From: Chlamydiota bacterium
GTDB lineage: Bacteria > Chlamydiota > Chlamydiia > Chlamydiales > SM23-39
Direction: 5' to 3'
Assembly (NCBI GenBank): GCA_038534095.1
Contig: JBCAXK010000022.1
Location: forward strand, 1-25,744
Length of the DNA: 25,744 bases
Shown here: in pieces, positions 16,576-25,744 of the stretch
Layout: the number at the start of each line of letters is the position of its first letter
Position numbering within the stretch: the stretch's first letter is position 1
The notes under the pieces: model-generated
Seen by the model: the letters and a program-made list of their open reading frames with translations, nothing else
What the model was told of the DNA's origin: nothing
The model's database searches: none
Made by a program: the position numbers and the translations under genes

Positions 16576-18066
16576 ATGTACGGCGTAACGCAATCTCTCT
16601 GCTCCCCAACGTATGCTTGCTGGGAAACAATCAAAGATGGCTGCGCCTATTTAGCAAAAAAAATTCACGCATTTTGTTGTTACGTTTTTTCTGGACAGTG
16701 GCGTGAAGCGTTTTCTAATCAACCGTCGCATACAACAATCGATTGCAGTAACAAGATCGTAAGACTCGTAAAAAAAACGATCGCTTCTCCTACTGCTGAT
16801 GAATCTCCCTTAAGCGCTCTACCTCGAAAAGCTTCTAGCCAGATCACATCAAACGGCAATAGCGCAAGCGCTGCTCACGTAGGACCTTTTACAACTGCGA
16901 GTCATAGAGCTGCTGAGATTATCCCTACAAAAGAGGATAGAAACGCTCTCAACGATCAAGGAAATACGCAAGATAGATGCTCCCTTTTTCCTGAACCCCT
17001 TCGATTCGTAGGCTCGGTGTTTTTTGGTGGAACGGGAAGGACCTATCCATTTAGATGGAGCGTTCCATGCTCTAGAAGACTTATGGCGGTGCATAGAGAA
17101 GAACCTAGAAACAGCAGGCAAAAACATGCAACGCCCCTTCCACTCATCAACCCTAATTACGCTTCTCTCCTTTCTCCAAGGAATGAAGAAAAGCGATTCC
17201 AGCGCAATCGAGAGAAGACTGTTTCTGCATTACGTAAAAAAAGAAGAACGTGCATAAAAAGGTGTATCCGCCAAGCAAGTCGGATCAAACAACAATGCGT
17301 ACGCCTATTCATCGATGGGATCTTCTCCTGGGTATTTCTCGTGAACTGTGCCAGCGCCGGCTTGTTATTGTCAGGTGATTATTCTTTAGAGATGAGTAGA
17401 ATCCCCTCATCAAAAATGCAAGAAATTGCGCAATCGTTTTTTATACTCCTTCAACTCACCTTCACATTGTTTGTACATGAACAACATAGACAGTTCCAAC
17501 GTTTAAGAAAAAACGATCCTAATGACGAACAAGATTTTTTTGAGTTCCTCTGGACAACCAGCCTAGTCGCCACAAAATTGCGCGCGTCGTTCATTCCAGA
17601 AATGCTCTTAGATAGCGCTCTTAAAACCCGTTCCTTAATCGCCTTTGATAGGTCGAATTCATCCTGTTTTTTACAAGGATTAACAGCGATCAATGCTTAT
17701 CTCCTTGTCTGCGCGATGTACCGTTTTTATGGAAGTCTCTTTCATAAGTATCTGCCATTCCCCGATCAAATAGCTCAGTCTTGTCTGATAAAAATCCTAC
17801 ATTTTATGAAAAAACCATGGACTGCTTCCAAATACTTGATCTACTTCGCTCCGTTACTGATGATGGCGCTCCCCTTTGTGTACGTATCATTTGCAGAAAA
17901 CTTAGAAGAAGCTCCTATTTCTCTCTACAAAAAACAACGCTCTTATACCGCCTATGATCTATCGATGTTGTCTATTTCTTTATTTGTTTCAAATCAAATA
18001 GTCAGCTCTGGCTTACAGCTAGTTCGATACATGCGCCCAAAGGATCGCTCAAATTCTAGAAGGTAG
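16576..18066 (+). CDS. Orphan membrane protein, 496 aa
   Basis: Long ORF with ATG after AAGGT; hydrophilic N-half and several hydrophobic segments in the C-half. Confidence 0.75.
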   Translation: MYGVTQSLCSPTYACWETIKDGCAYLAKKIHAFCCYVFSGQWREAFSNQPSHTTIDCSNKIVRLVKKTIASPTADESPLSALPRKASSQITSNGNSASAAHVGPFTTASHRAAEIIPTKEDRNALNDQGNTQDRCSLFPEPLRFVGSVFFGGTGRTYPFRWSVPCSRRLMAVHREEPRNSRQKHATPLPLINPNYASLLSPRNEEKRFQRNREKTVSALRKKRRTCIKRCIRQASRIKQQCVRLFIDGIFSWVFLVNCASAGLLLSGDYSLEMSRIPSSKMQEIAQSFFILLQLTFTLFVHEQHRQFQRLRKNDPNDEQDFFEFLWTTSLVATKLRASFIPEMLLDSALKTRSLIAFDRSNSSCFLQGLTAINAYLLVCAMYRFYGSLFHKYLPFPDQIAQSCLIKILHFMKKPWTASKYLIYFAPLLMMALPFVYVSFAENLEEAPISLYKKQRSYTAYDLSMLSISLFVSNQIVSSGLQLVRYMRPKDRSNSRR

Positions 18067-18318
18067 AGGTGGATGATCTCATAGGTCTTTCGAAAGATTA
18101 TTCCGTAGAAAAGACTCAAAATCTCGGTTACCTCGCACATAGAAATACGTACATGCTGGCTTAGGAGACAAAAAAAAGGGACTACGACTGGTCTGTTTTT
18201 GCTAACGTTGATTCCTAAATTTACGACACTTCAAAATAGGCATTAATCCTACAGTTTGCTATAAAATTTTGCAAAGCCCTTCTCCAGAGGCAAACTTGTA
18301 GCTTCGAGGTATTTGATT

Positions 18319-19167
18319 ATGTTCAAAAAGTTTTCTTTTGCATCCAGTATTTGTTCCCTATTTTTTTTATTCTGTTCTTTCTCTACCCCAAAAGGCATCG
18401 AATATCATCACTTTACAAATGATGTTCCTCAATCTATTCATGTATTGGAAGTAGATCCGACTCTTTTTCCTATCGTCCCTGCTAGGGCTCTTGATCAATG
18501 TGTAGGAAGAGAAAATGTCTTATCGATTTCTACTCGAAAAGGGGCTATTGCTGGATTCAATGGGGGATTCTTTGCGATTGGGAAATATGAGGGAGCGCCT
18601 GCTGGCATTTTGAAAATCCATAATACATGGTACGGATTACCTTCAAAGCCAAGAGGAGCGATTGGTTGGAAACATCATGGTCAAAGCACGCTTTGCGATA
18701 GGGTGCTAACGCATTTAGATGGACTCGACTTTTACGTAGACTCTCAAACAGGGGATACGACAACCGCCGAATGGGAGGAGATGGACCATATTGTAGGAGG
18801 GACCCCCCTTCTTATCAATAACGGCAAGCGGATTCGGGATTATTCTCCTGAACAAACAATAGAGTCCTTTCTCATTTTAAGACATGCCCGTACAGCGGTT
18901 GGCATACTTCCCAATGGGAATTGGGTTTTTGTGATTGTTGATGGAAAGCAGCCTAAGTTGAGTCTCGGTATGACCATGTATGAGCTTGCTGATTTTATGG
19001 AAAATTTAGGGTGTGTAAAAGCCTTGAATTTAGATGGCGGCGGATCTACAACATTTGTATATGATGGGAAGGTGGTCAATCAACCGATTGGAGATGGGGA
19101 CGACGATGATCACGGCAAACGTGTATTGAGACCTGTGTCAGACGTGATTCTTGTTACAGAAAAGTAA
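18319..19167 (+). CDS. Phosphodiester glycosidase (NAGPA/DUF2233) family secreted protein
   Basis: NGGFF, GGTPLLI, RHARTAVG, VDG and ALNLDGGGST, with an N-terminal signal peptide. ATG 18319 lies 8 nt after GAGGT. Confidence 0.85.
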   Translation: MFKKFSFASSICSLFFLFCSFSTPKGIEYHHFTNDVPQSIHVLEVDPTLFPIVPARALDQCVGRENVLSISTRKGAIAGFNGGFFAIGKYEGAPAGILKIHNTWYGLPSKPRGAIGWKHHGQSTLCDRVLTHLDGLDFYVDSQTGDTTTAEWEEMDHIVGGTPLLINNGKRIRDYSPEQTIESFLILRHARTAVGILPNGNWVFVIVDGKQPKLSLGMTMYELADFMENLGCVKALNLDGGGSTTFVYDGKVVNQPIGDGDDDDHGKRVLRPVSDVILVTEK

Positions 19168-19727
19168 ACTCTGCAATCCATGGACGGGTGAGGGAGAAAA
19201 GCGCCTTCGAAAGTAGCATTTGACTTCCAGGAACATTGTCTACGTTTATGGCTGGAATTTCTGGCTTAAGAGCAAGAGTTCTGTCCTATTTCTATAGGAA
19301 CCCTGCGCGCATGCCAGCTCCTTATTTCCTGCTAAATCGATGCTGCATATTTTTTCGCTCCAGACAAAATTCCCTCATTTTCATTGAGGCTTTGCGCTGG
19401 CAAGAATGGTGATGTTTTGCTCGTTAAGAAGCAAAATCAAAAGCTCCTTAAGTAGGAAAGATTCGGGGCGCCCCTAATCGAAAAGAACATCCAAAAAAAT
19501 CCCTCGTTACATTGGGTAGAACTACAATTATAGAACTACGATTGCCGATCAGACGCTTTACGAAATCCAAGTGCTAGGTACAATGGGATATAGTCGAGGG
19601 ATACGATATAAGAGATCCGTTACTACCTTACCCGCGTAGTGAATCTTCTTTTTTAGAAGCTTAAAAAGGTTTTTTTGTGAAATTTTTTCTATGAAAAAGT
19701 AAGCAGATCGCTTAGAAGAAATGGGAG

Positions 19728-19763
19728 AAACAAAAAGCGAGCAACCAAAACAGCTGCTCGCTT
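19728..19763 (-). terminator. Intrinsic terminator of the dnaK operon
   Basis: Minus strand AAGCGAGCAGC-loop-GUUGCUCGCUU then UUUGUUU, ~20 bp after the dnaK stop. Confidence 0.8.
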
Positions 19764-19782
19764 GATGAAAAACAAGAAGAGT

Positions 19783-21702
19783 TTACTTTTTCTCTTCTTC
19801 ATCCATAATTTCTACTTCCGCATCCTCAACAGTCTCCTGCTCTTTTTCAGCGCTTGTAGATTCGGCTTTTGGACCAGCTGCTCCTGCAGGACCTGCTCCT
19901 TTCTGGAGAGACTCTCCAATTTTTTGTAGCGATTTTTGCAGCTCTTCAGAACACGTTTTCATAGAAGCGCTGTTGTTTTCACCGATCGCTTTTTTTAAGG
20001 CATCAATCTTGCCTTGAATTTCGGTCACGATATTCGCAGGCAGTTTTTCTTTGTATTCATCTAACGACTTTTGCGCTCTAAATGACAAAGATTCTGCTTC
20101 GTTTTTCGTCTCGATTTCCGATTTTTTCTGACGATCTTCTTCCGCATTGGCTTCAGCCTCTTGGATTTTCTTTTGAATCTCCTCTTCTGAAAGTCCTGAT
20201 CTCGATTCAATCCGGATCTTTTGCTCTTTCCCAGATTGCTTATCCTTTGCAGATACATTCAAAATACCATCCGCATCTAGATCAAAGGCTACCTCAATTT
20301 GAGGCGTTCCTCTAGGAGCTGGAGGGATATCGGTAAGATCAAATCGGCCAATTTCCTTGTTATCCTTGGCCATGGGTCTTTCTCCTTGTAGCACCACAAT
20401 GGTGACCGCTGGCTGGTTATCGGTTGCTGTAGAAAAGACCTGCTTTTTTTGTGTAGGAATGGTGGTGTTGCGCTCAATCAGAGGCGTTAACACTCCCCCT
20501 ACTGTCTCAATCCCTAAGGTTAGGGGAACAACGTCTAAAAGAAGTACATCTTTTACATCGCCTGTAATGATGCCACCTTGCGTTGCCGCTCCAACAGCCA
20601 CCGCTTCGTCGGGATTTACCCCTTTATGTGGATCTTTTCCAAAGATTTCTCGCACTTTGGTCTGTACAGCAGGCATTCTTGTCATGCCACCTACAAGAAC
20701 CACATCGTGGATTTGGTCTTTTGCAACGCCAGCGTCTTTCAAAGCGTTCAAACAAGGCTCTACGGTTCTTTCTACAAGACTTGCGCAAAGGCTTTCGAGC
20801 TTCGCTCTTGTAAGCGTCAAAGCAAGGTGCTTAGGTCCTGAACTATCCATAGAGATAAAGGGCTGATTGATTTCGGTAGATTGCGTTCCTGAAAGCTCAA
20901 TTTTTGCTTTCTCAGCCGCATCTTTAATCCTTTGCAAAGCCATTTTATCTTGTGATAGATCAATGCCATGCTCTTTTTTGAATTCGTCCAAAATCCAGTA
21001 GATGATCGCATTATCAAAATCATCTCCTCCTAAGTGGGTATCTCCATTGGTAGCAAGCACCTCAAAGACCCCGTCACCGATTTCCAAAATGGAGATATCA
21101 AAGGTACCACCACCTAAATCGTAAACGGCAATTTTTTTATCCTCATTTTTATCAAGGCCGTACGCAAGCGCTGCTGCTGTTGGCTCAGGAATGATCCGTT
21201 TTACATCAAGGCCCGCAATTCTTCCTGCATCTTTCGTGGACTGCCTTTGAGAATCGTTGAAATAGGCTGGGACTGTGATGACAGCCTCTGTAACTTCAGC
21301 TCCTAGATAGTTTTCTGCCGTTTCCTTCATTTTTATCAGGACTTGGGCTGCTACTTCTTCTGGGGAAATGAGCTTCCCATCCACATCAAAGGCGACATCT
21401 CCATTGGCGTTTTTCGATACATGGTAGGGAACGGTTTTTACCTCGGAAGACACTTCCTCAAATTTTCTTCCGATAAAACGCTTTGTGGAGTAGAGCGTTT
21501 TTTCTGGGTTGGTCACCGCTTGTCTTTTGGCAGGGATCCCTGCAAAACGCTCACTACCTTTGTAAGCAATCACAGAAGGGGTCGTTCTAGTCCCCTCTGC
21601 ATTGGGAATGACTTTGGCTTGCTTACCTTCCATTACGGCAACGCAAGAGTTGGTAGTACCTAGATCAATCCCTATGACATATTTCTTGTTATTCTTCGTC
21701 AT
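19783..21702 (-). CDS. dnaK: Chaperone DnaK
   Basis: [32 protein letters not shown] and [11 protein letters not shown] 21702 follows AGGAG and overlaps the grpE end. Confidence 0.99.
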   Translation of the reverse strand: MTKNNKKYVIGIDLGTTNSCVAVMEGKQAKVIPNAEGTRTTPSVIAYKGSERFAGIPAKRQAVTNPEKTLYSTKRFIGRKFEEVSSEVKTVPYHVSKNANGDVAFDVDGKLISPEEVAAQVLIKMKETAENYLGAEVTEAVITVPAYFNDSQRQSTKDAGRIAGLDVKRIIPEPTAAALAYGLDKNEDKKIAVYDLGGGTFDISILEIGDGVFEVLATNGDTHLGGDDFDNAIIYWILDEFKKEHGIDLSQDKMALQRIKDAAEKAKIELSGTQSTEINQPFISMDSSGPKHLALTLTRAKLESLCASLVERTVEPCLNALKDAGVAKDQIHDVVLVGGMTRMPAVQTKVREIFGKDPHKGVNPDEAVAVGAATQGGIITGDVKDVLLLDVVPLTLGIETVGGVLTPLIERNTTIPTQKKQVFSTATDNQPAVTIVVLQGERPMAKDNKEIGRFDLTDIPPAPRGTPQIEVAFDLDADGILNVSAKDKQSGKEQKIRIESRSGLSEEEIQKKIQEAEANAEEDRQKKSEIETKNEAESLSFRAQKSLDEYKEKLPANIVTEIQGKIDALKKAIGENNSASMKTCSEELQKSLQKIGESLQKGAGPAGAAGPKAESTSAEKEQETVEDAEVEIMDEEEKK

Positions 21703-22237
21703 GGTTTTTCTCCTTATTGATTTCTTGTTCATTTACAGAAGATTCACTCGTCTCTTGCAGCGTTTTAGCCACCTTAACTCTAGAGGGACGAATGATCCTT
21801 TTTTCACTTTTATACCCTTTGGAAAACTCTTCTAAGATGGTACCCTCTGGATACTCATCTGTTTGTAGCATTTCTACAGCTTCATGGTAGTGAGGATCAA
21901 AAAGATTGCCTTCAGAGTGGAACGCCACAATACCATGATTGTGGAGCACTTCACGAAACTGCGACAAAAACATTTGGAATCCAAAAGCCCATGTTTTGAT
22001 TTCATCCGATACTTTGTCGGCCGATTTCAGCGCCTTTTCAAAGCTGTCAATGATGGGCAAAAACTCTGCAATGGCATTTTCTACAGAAAATTGTAGCGTA
22101 TCCTGTTTTTCCTTTTGCATCCGTTTACGCATGTTTTCCATTTCCGCCAGAGCAAAGAAATATTTTTGCTTAAAATCCTCTTGGGCTACAGGCTCTGGGG
22201 TTTCTTCTACTTCACTCACGTTCGGTTCTTTCTCCAT
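21689..22237 (-). CDS. grpE: Nucleotide exchange factor GrpE
   Basis: [18 protein letters not shown] and KGY...IRPSRVKV; lies between hrcA and dnaK. Confidence 0.97.
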   Translation of the reverse strand: MEKEPNVSEVEETPEPVAQEDFKQKYFFALAEMENMRKRMQKEKQDTLQFSVENAIAEFLPIIDSFEKALKSADKVSDEIKTWAFGFQMFLSQFREVLHNHGIVAFHSEGNLFDPHYHEAVEMLQTDEYPEGTILEEFSKGYKSEKRIIRPSRVKVAKTLQETSESSVNEQEINKEKNHDEE

Positions 22238-22253
22238 GAAAAATTCTCCTAAA

Positions 22254-23351
22254 TTACTGGCTCTTATCTTCTAATAAAATTGATGAGCATGCTTCTACAT
22301 GATTGTGCGTTTGTAAATCATCGTATGATTTGAAAGAAACGCGAAATTTATACACATTTTTCGTTAAAATATGGGACAGTTCTCTTGTAAACCGTCGGAT
22401 CTCTTGAAATATTTTCTGGTAGGGCATCCTAAGGGGTCCTAAAATCCCCACAGCTCCCGCAACATCGTGATGGATAAAGTAGGGCATTAGCACGACGCTA
22501 CACTCTTTTTGTAAAAACTCTTCCCCAATGAAATAGGTAAGGCATTTCGATCGCATGCTTTGACGGAGTAGTTTTTGCATGAGCTCGGGATTTTCAAAGA
22601 GAGAAAGGCCTGTTGCTAAGGTCTGCGCCTGAGAAAATTCTGGATAACGGAGTAGCTTGGAAAGCCCCGTTTGAAAAAGGCTTTTTTCGTGGGTAGAAGA
22701 AGAATAGACAATGAAGCGGACCATGAGTTCGTTGTAGAGCCTTTGCGCCGTTTTGAGCAGCTTTTCATCGCTGAGGCACGGATTTTCTCCCTTATTGAGC
22801 CTCCAAGCAAAGTAGCTTTCTAAGATTTTCAGCTCTTCTTCTTCAAAGGCATTTTGGAGGTAAAAGCTTTCGGTATGAATGAGCCCAAAATCTGTAACGA
22901 CGATGCAAAGAGCTTTTTGCGACTCTAACAAAATGAATCGAACCTTCTGGACAAAATCCATCTCAAAAATTGGTGTAGAAATGAATACAGGACAATCGAC
23001 ACTATCGGCTAACGCTTCTGCCGATGCGTGCAAAAGAGCAATCAGCTCTTTTTTCTCTTCTTGCTCTAGAAGGAAGGGTTGTTTATTTAGCTGCTCATCT
23101 TGATGATACTCTGCATAAAACCGGTACGCTTTTGCTGTAGGTATCCGCCCTCCAGAAGAGTGTGCTTGGTGCAAAAACCCCTCTTCTTCAAGGCGCACAA
23201 AGTAATTGCGGATGGTCGCCGAGCTGATGTTTGTTAATCCTTGCTGCCGTAAAGTATCTGAGCCGACCGGTTTCCCTGTATCGATATAAACCCGAACGAG
23301 CCCCAAGAGAACTTGTTGCTTACGCTCATGCTTACTAGGTTTTTTCGCCAT
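22254..23351 (-). CDS. hrcA: Heat-inducible transcription repressor HrcA
   Basis: YIDTGKPVGS, SSATIRN, HSSGGRIPT and GILGPLRMPY. Likely start is ATG 23351 (MAKKPS). Confidence 0.96.
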   Translation of the reverse strand: MAKKPSKHERKQQVLLGLVRVYIDTGKPVGSDTLRQQGLTNISSATIRNYFVRLEEEGFLHQAHSSGGRIPTAKAYRFYAEYHQDEQLNKQPFLLEQEEKKELIALLHASAEALADSVDCPVFISTPIFEMDFVQKVRFILLESQKALCIVVTDFGLIHTESFYLQNAFEEEELKILESYFAWRLNKGENPCLSDEKLLKTAQRLYNELMVRFIVYSSSTHEKSLFQTGLSKLLRYPEFSQAQTLATGLSLFENPELMQKLLRQSMRSKCLTYFIGEEFLQKECSVVLMPYFIHHDVAGAVGILGPLRMPYQKIFQEIRRFTRELSHILTKNVYKFRVSFKSYDDLQTHNHVEACSSILLEDKSQ

Positions 23352-23387
23352 CAAATTTTTCAAAAAGCACTCATAAGTATATCTATC

Positions 23388-23416
23388 ATTATACAAAAGG
23401 AATTGTTCTCTCGCAA
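23388..23416 (-). promoter_or_regulatory. Sigma66 promoter of hrcA-grpE-dnaK
   Basis: Minus strand TTGCGA-17 bp-TATAAT. Confidence 0.75.
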
Positions 23417-23422
23417 CAATTT

Positions 23423-23449
23423 TTAGCAATTAAAGACTTAGATTGCTGG
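23423..23449. promoter_or_regulatory. CIRCE-like operator (HrcA site)
   Basis: TTAGCAATT-N9-GATTGCTGG versus consensus TTAGCACTC-N9-GAGTGCTAA, just upstream of the -35 of hrcA. Confidence 0.7.
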
Positions 23450-23651
23450 GTTTATTGTCTAAATAACTAACAAACAACGAATTAAAAATAATTTTTTTTA
23501 CAAAAAAACCAGAGTGAAGAACCTTGGCATAAGGGGGCATACTTTGAAAGCATGCGTAACGTGGGAGGCAAAAAACGCTTTGTAAAAGCATTTTTTAAGA
23601 GCGGCATTGTTCAAAATCTAGAAATCTCTCCAGAAAACGGTAGTTTCCAAG

Positions 23652-23693
23652 AAAAGACTCAAACCACTTTGGGCTAAGGGAAGCGCAAAGTGG
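23652..23693 (-). terminator. Putative terminator of the kinase-like gene
   Basis: CCACTTTG/CAAAGTGG stem with inner GCT/AGC, followed on the minus strand by UUUGAGUCUUUU. Confidence 0.5.
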
Positions 23694-23779
23694 CTTAAGC
23701 ATTCTTCTTTCAAGACATTGGTAGCATGGTTTTACGCAATTAGAGCATTGCAAGCGAGCTTATGCGCAGTGGAGGATCT

Positions 23780-25441
23780 TCAGAAAGTATCTCTGCAACA
23801 GTTTGTCCTGCATCCTTCGCATCTAATTGATCGATCTTGATTTCGAAACGAACATTTTTTTTCTCTTCCGCGGAAGTAGTCACTTCGCTTTCTTCTAAGT
23901 TTTGCCTTACAAGAAAAATACTGTTCGACTAGGTCCTTAAGAGTGATGGTATCATCTTTTAAAATGATGGTTTGGATGATAGGAAGATCAACCTCCAATC
24001 TTTTTGGTATAATGCCTCCATGGAGATCCAGGTCAATTCCTTGATTTCTCATCTCATCCAGCAATTGCTCGGAAGAAAGATCAAGAACCTTTCTAACAAC
24101 AGATGGGATCAGACCCTTTTCAGCATCTTTAAAACCAAACCAGCACCAAGAGTTATGGGTCTCCATGCATAGTTTAGTATAGAACGGTCCCATCTTCTCA
24201 TTCCTCCAAAGGAGCTGATTATCTATAGGAAGGATTCCAAAACCTTGCGTATTTTTCTTGCTCTCTTGACCCTCTTGGGATGCGTTAGGAACCTTCTTTC
24301 TAAAAAGGAGATTTTGCCGGTTTCTATCCTCATTGCCGGTCAAAATATCGAAAATACCTGTGAGCTGCAACTCTTCCAAATCGCATGCCGAGCTACTTTT
24401 ATCTAAATGGTATTCGTTATAGATCGTACTTGCATCTCCTAGGTTCTGCACAAATTCTTGCACTTCATAGTACCGCTCTTTTTCATCTTCGACGGTTACT
24501 GTTAAACCCTCTTTTTTATTCTCGCCGATGACTTTTACAAGCTGGGAAAAAGGCGTACGCAAACCTAAATTCTCAGCAATGACTTTCCCAGCCTCTGATT
24601 TTGCGTAACCATCAAGACACCAATTGTAGGAGAGGTTATAGAGCGCAGAGTCCTCTAGCAAAGTCTTGTCGACAATACTCTTAGCTTGAGCAAATACCTC
24701 AGAATCGGTTGTAAGCATAGAAGAAACAGTTTCTTCTGGTGAATGGCGCGGCCCTAGTAACAATTTCTCAATTGTGTAACAAACCACTTTTTGTATCGTT
24801 AGGTCGGAAGGCGCATTTTTACGAATAGGTTCAAACGCTCTATTAGAAAATATTTTCTCCGCAGCTTTTATTACAGAATTTTTGAACTGTCCAGACGGCA
24901 AAAACTTTTTCAAAACAAATACTTTTCTTTTGTGAATTTCACAAAACTCTGGAGCCGTTACTCCTTTTCCGATACTTGTTCTCTTAACACAGTCCAAGTA
25001 AGAAGGGTCTCTTTCCTTAGAAGTGTTTTCCGGTTTGTGATCAGGAGCCATTTCATCCTTGATCGCTTGCACAATCCGTTCCTCCGTTGTAGGAGAAGCG
25101 TTTTTAAAGACCGAATGTTCATTAAGGACATTTTTCAAACGGAGAAGATACTCAGCAAACGCTTCCTTACCAGTGAACGTGTATTGAGGCTTGGAATAGC
25201 GCTCGAATACGTTCTGAAAACAAGGTTCAATATGATCGCGCACATGGACTGTCCAATTATATCCACCAAGCTTTTTAGCGCGAAAAGAACCGTACTTATT
25301 GCTTGAAAATGCCGACCCAAAAAGTTTCGGCATTTGTGGGAGAGAAGCGATCGACTTTTCGATCGTTTTCTCACAACACCGGGAACAATAAGAGGCAGTA
25401 GACTGTAGACAATTTCCTAAAGAGGACAAACACGAAGACAT
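23780..25441 (-). CDS. PI3/4-kinase-like (PI4K type II/HipA fold) protein, 553 aa
   Basis: VFVLKK, SEAGKVIAENLGLRTP, QEFV, catalytic loop FDILTGNEDRNRQNLL and metal-binding LPIDN. ATG follows AAGGA. Confidence 0.75.
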   Translation of the reverse strand: MSSCLSSLGNCLQSTASYCSRCCEKTIEKSIASLPQMPKLFGSAFSSNKYGSFRAKKLGGYNWTVHVRDHIEPCFQNVFERYSKPQYTFTGKEAFAEYLLRLKNVLNEHSVFKNASPTTEERIVQAIKDEMAPDHKPENTSKERDPSYLDCVKRTSIGKGVTAPEFCEIHKRKVFVLKKFLPSGQFKNSVIKAAEKIFSNRAFEPIRKNAPSDLTIQKVVCYTIEKLLLGPRHSPEETVSSMLTTDSEVFAQAKSIVDKTLLEDSALYNLSYNWCLDGYAKSEAGKVIAENLGLRTPFSQLVKVIGENKKEGLTVTVEDEKERYYEVQEFVQNLGDASTIYNEYHLDKSSSACDLEELQLTGIFDILTGNEDRNRQNLLFRKKVPNASQEGQESKKNTQGFGILPIDNQLLWRNEKMGPFYTKLCMETHNSWCWFGFKDAEKGLIPSVVRKVLDLSSEQLLDEMRNQGIDLDLHGGIIPKRLEVDLPIIQTIILKDDTITLKDLVEQYFSCKAKLRRKRSDYFRGREKKCSFRNQDRSIRCEGCRTNCCRDTF

Positions 25442-25744
25442 GAAATCATTTTCCTTTAAACTCTATGAGCAAGCTCTGATTTTTTCAAAGCCGCTTTTGG
25501 AGATGTTTTTATTATAATGGTTCTAAACATTGTATAAGAAATAGAGAAAAAACAAAAGACCTACTCTTTATTTAAATAAATGAAAATTAAGTAGATCTGT
25601 TAGTAAAACAACTTCACAAGTAGAAACTAGCTGCGTCACAACAACCGGCAGCAGCGTGAACGTTCTAAGAACCCGTTTAAAATCTTTTTAAAAGAAGGGC
25701 AGCAAAGGCGAAAACAACCATGTGTAGGCTTGTATTGAGCTTTC

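Noticed and set aside
20357..21835. Antisense ORFs over dnaK
   Set aside because: Antisense open frames are a common by-product of dnaK codon usage; no independent signals.

Overview
A chromosomal segment from a member of the Chlamydiota, probably an environmental lineage. This is inferred from the fused E1 alpha/beta 2-oxoacid dehydrogenase, the UPF0158 protein, the serS-VIT1-P1B ATPase order and the hrcA-grpE-dnaK operon with a CIRCE-like site. Core genes alternate with orphan, effector-like ORFs. The main feature is a ~1.18-kb unit repeated three times in tandem (~4793-8220). Each copy carries an identical 36-bp sigma66-type promoter block and a small minus-strand paralogous ORF (one intact, one with a frameshifted tail, one pseudogenised). 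Downstream of each ORF lies a ~130-nt noncoding element that folds into a multi-stem structure and ends in an invariant 24-bp motif. The next gene downstream (323 aa) is a divergent fourth member of the same protein family. The window also holds a PI3/4-kinase-like (HipA/PI4K fold) protein with Cys clusters at both ends, a P1B-4 ATPase paired with a VIT1 protein, a NAGPA-like secreted protein and the 3' end of an autotransporter. All calls come from manual motif reading; no database searches or folding software were run.
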